A stretch of 10,986 nt of DNA from Candidatus Xenobia bacterium. GTDB taxonomy: Bacteria > Vulcanimicrobiota > Xenobia > Xenobiales > QWHO01. The position numbers were made by a program, and so were the translations under genes. Below are positions 10,887 through 10,986 of the stretch, piece by piece; positions within the stretch are counted from its first letter, which is position 1, and each line of letters opens with the position of its first letter. The notes beneath the pieces are model-generated. The model made no database searches. It was not told where the DNA came from and worked only from the letters and a program-made list of their open reading frames with translations. The stretch lies in assembly GCA_045863235.1 (NCBI GenBank), contig BTUM01000142.1, forward strand, positions 1 through 10,986, given 5' to 3'.

Positions 10887-10986
10887 GAGTTGACAGCCCC
10901 CGCGTCTGCTCATGAGCTGACATCCAGCGTGGCAACTTTGCCCGAGGAGAGTTGACAGCCCCCGCGTCTGCTCATGAGCTGACACC
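10887..10986. CRISPR. Candidate CRISPR-like array edge: two 36-bp direct repeats with one 26-bp spacer, cut off by the window end
   Basis: GAGTTGACAGCCCCCGCGTCTGCTCATGAGCTGACA is identical at 10887-10922 and 10949-10984. In the alternative register, GTTGACAGCCCCCGCGTCTGCTCATGAGCTGACA(T/C)C occurs at 10889-10924 and 10951-10986. The direct repeat is certain. The CRISPR interpretation rests on only two copies and there are no cas genes in view. Confidence 0.5.

Noticed and set aside
10890..10920. Perfect TTGACA -35 hexamer in each repeat as an internal promoter
   Set aside because: The sequence 16-18 bp downstream (ATGAGC/TGAGCT/GAGCTG) is not a credible -10 element.
10272..10985. 237-aa minus-strand ORF running through the repeats
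   Set aside because: Antisense to the HTH-nuclease gene. The repeat period of 62 is not a multiple of 3, which argues against coding repeats.

Overview
High-GC bacterial window, mostly tightly packed ordinary genes. In order: a large HD-GYP phosphodiesterase (+, 5' end probably outside the window); a convergent corA -> ClpA/ClpC-like AAA+ ATPase pair (-); a divergent + strand run of CE4/NodB-like deacetylase, GNAT acetyltransferase, double zinc-ribbon protein and type I L-asparaginase with an extra C-terminal domain. The most unusual part is the right end. There, a very Arg-rich XRE-HTH protein fused to a Vsr/DUF559-like nuclease domain (10020-10883) is followed within a few bases by two 36-bp direct repeats separated by 26 unrelated bases (period 62). 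The second repeat ends exactly at the window edge. This looks like the edge of a CRISPR-like array beside a non-Cas nuclease, with no cas gene in the ~10.9 kb to its left. Only two repeats are visible, so the array call is provisional. All family assignments come from motif recognition by eye, with no database searches.
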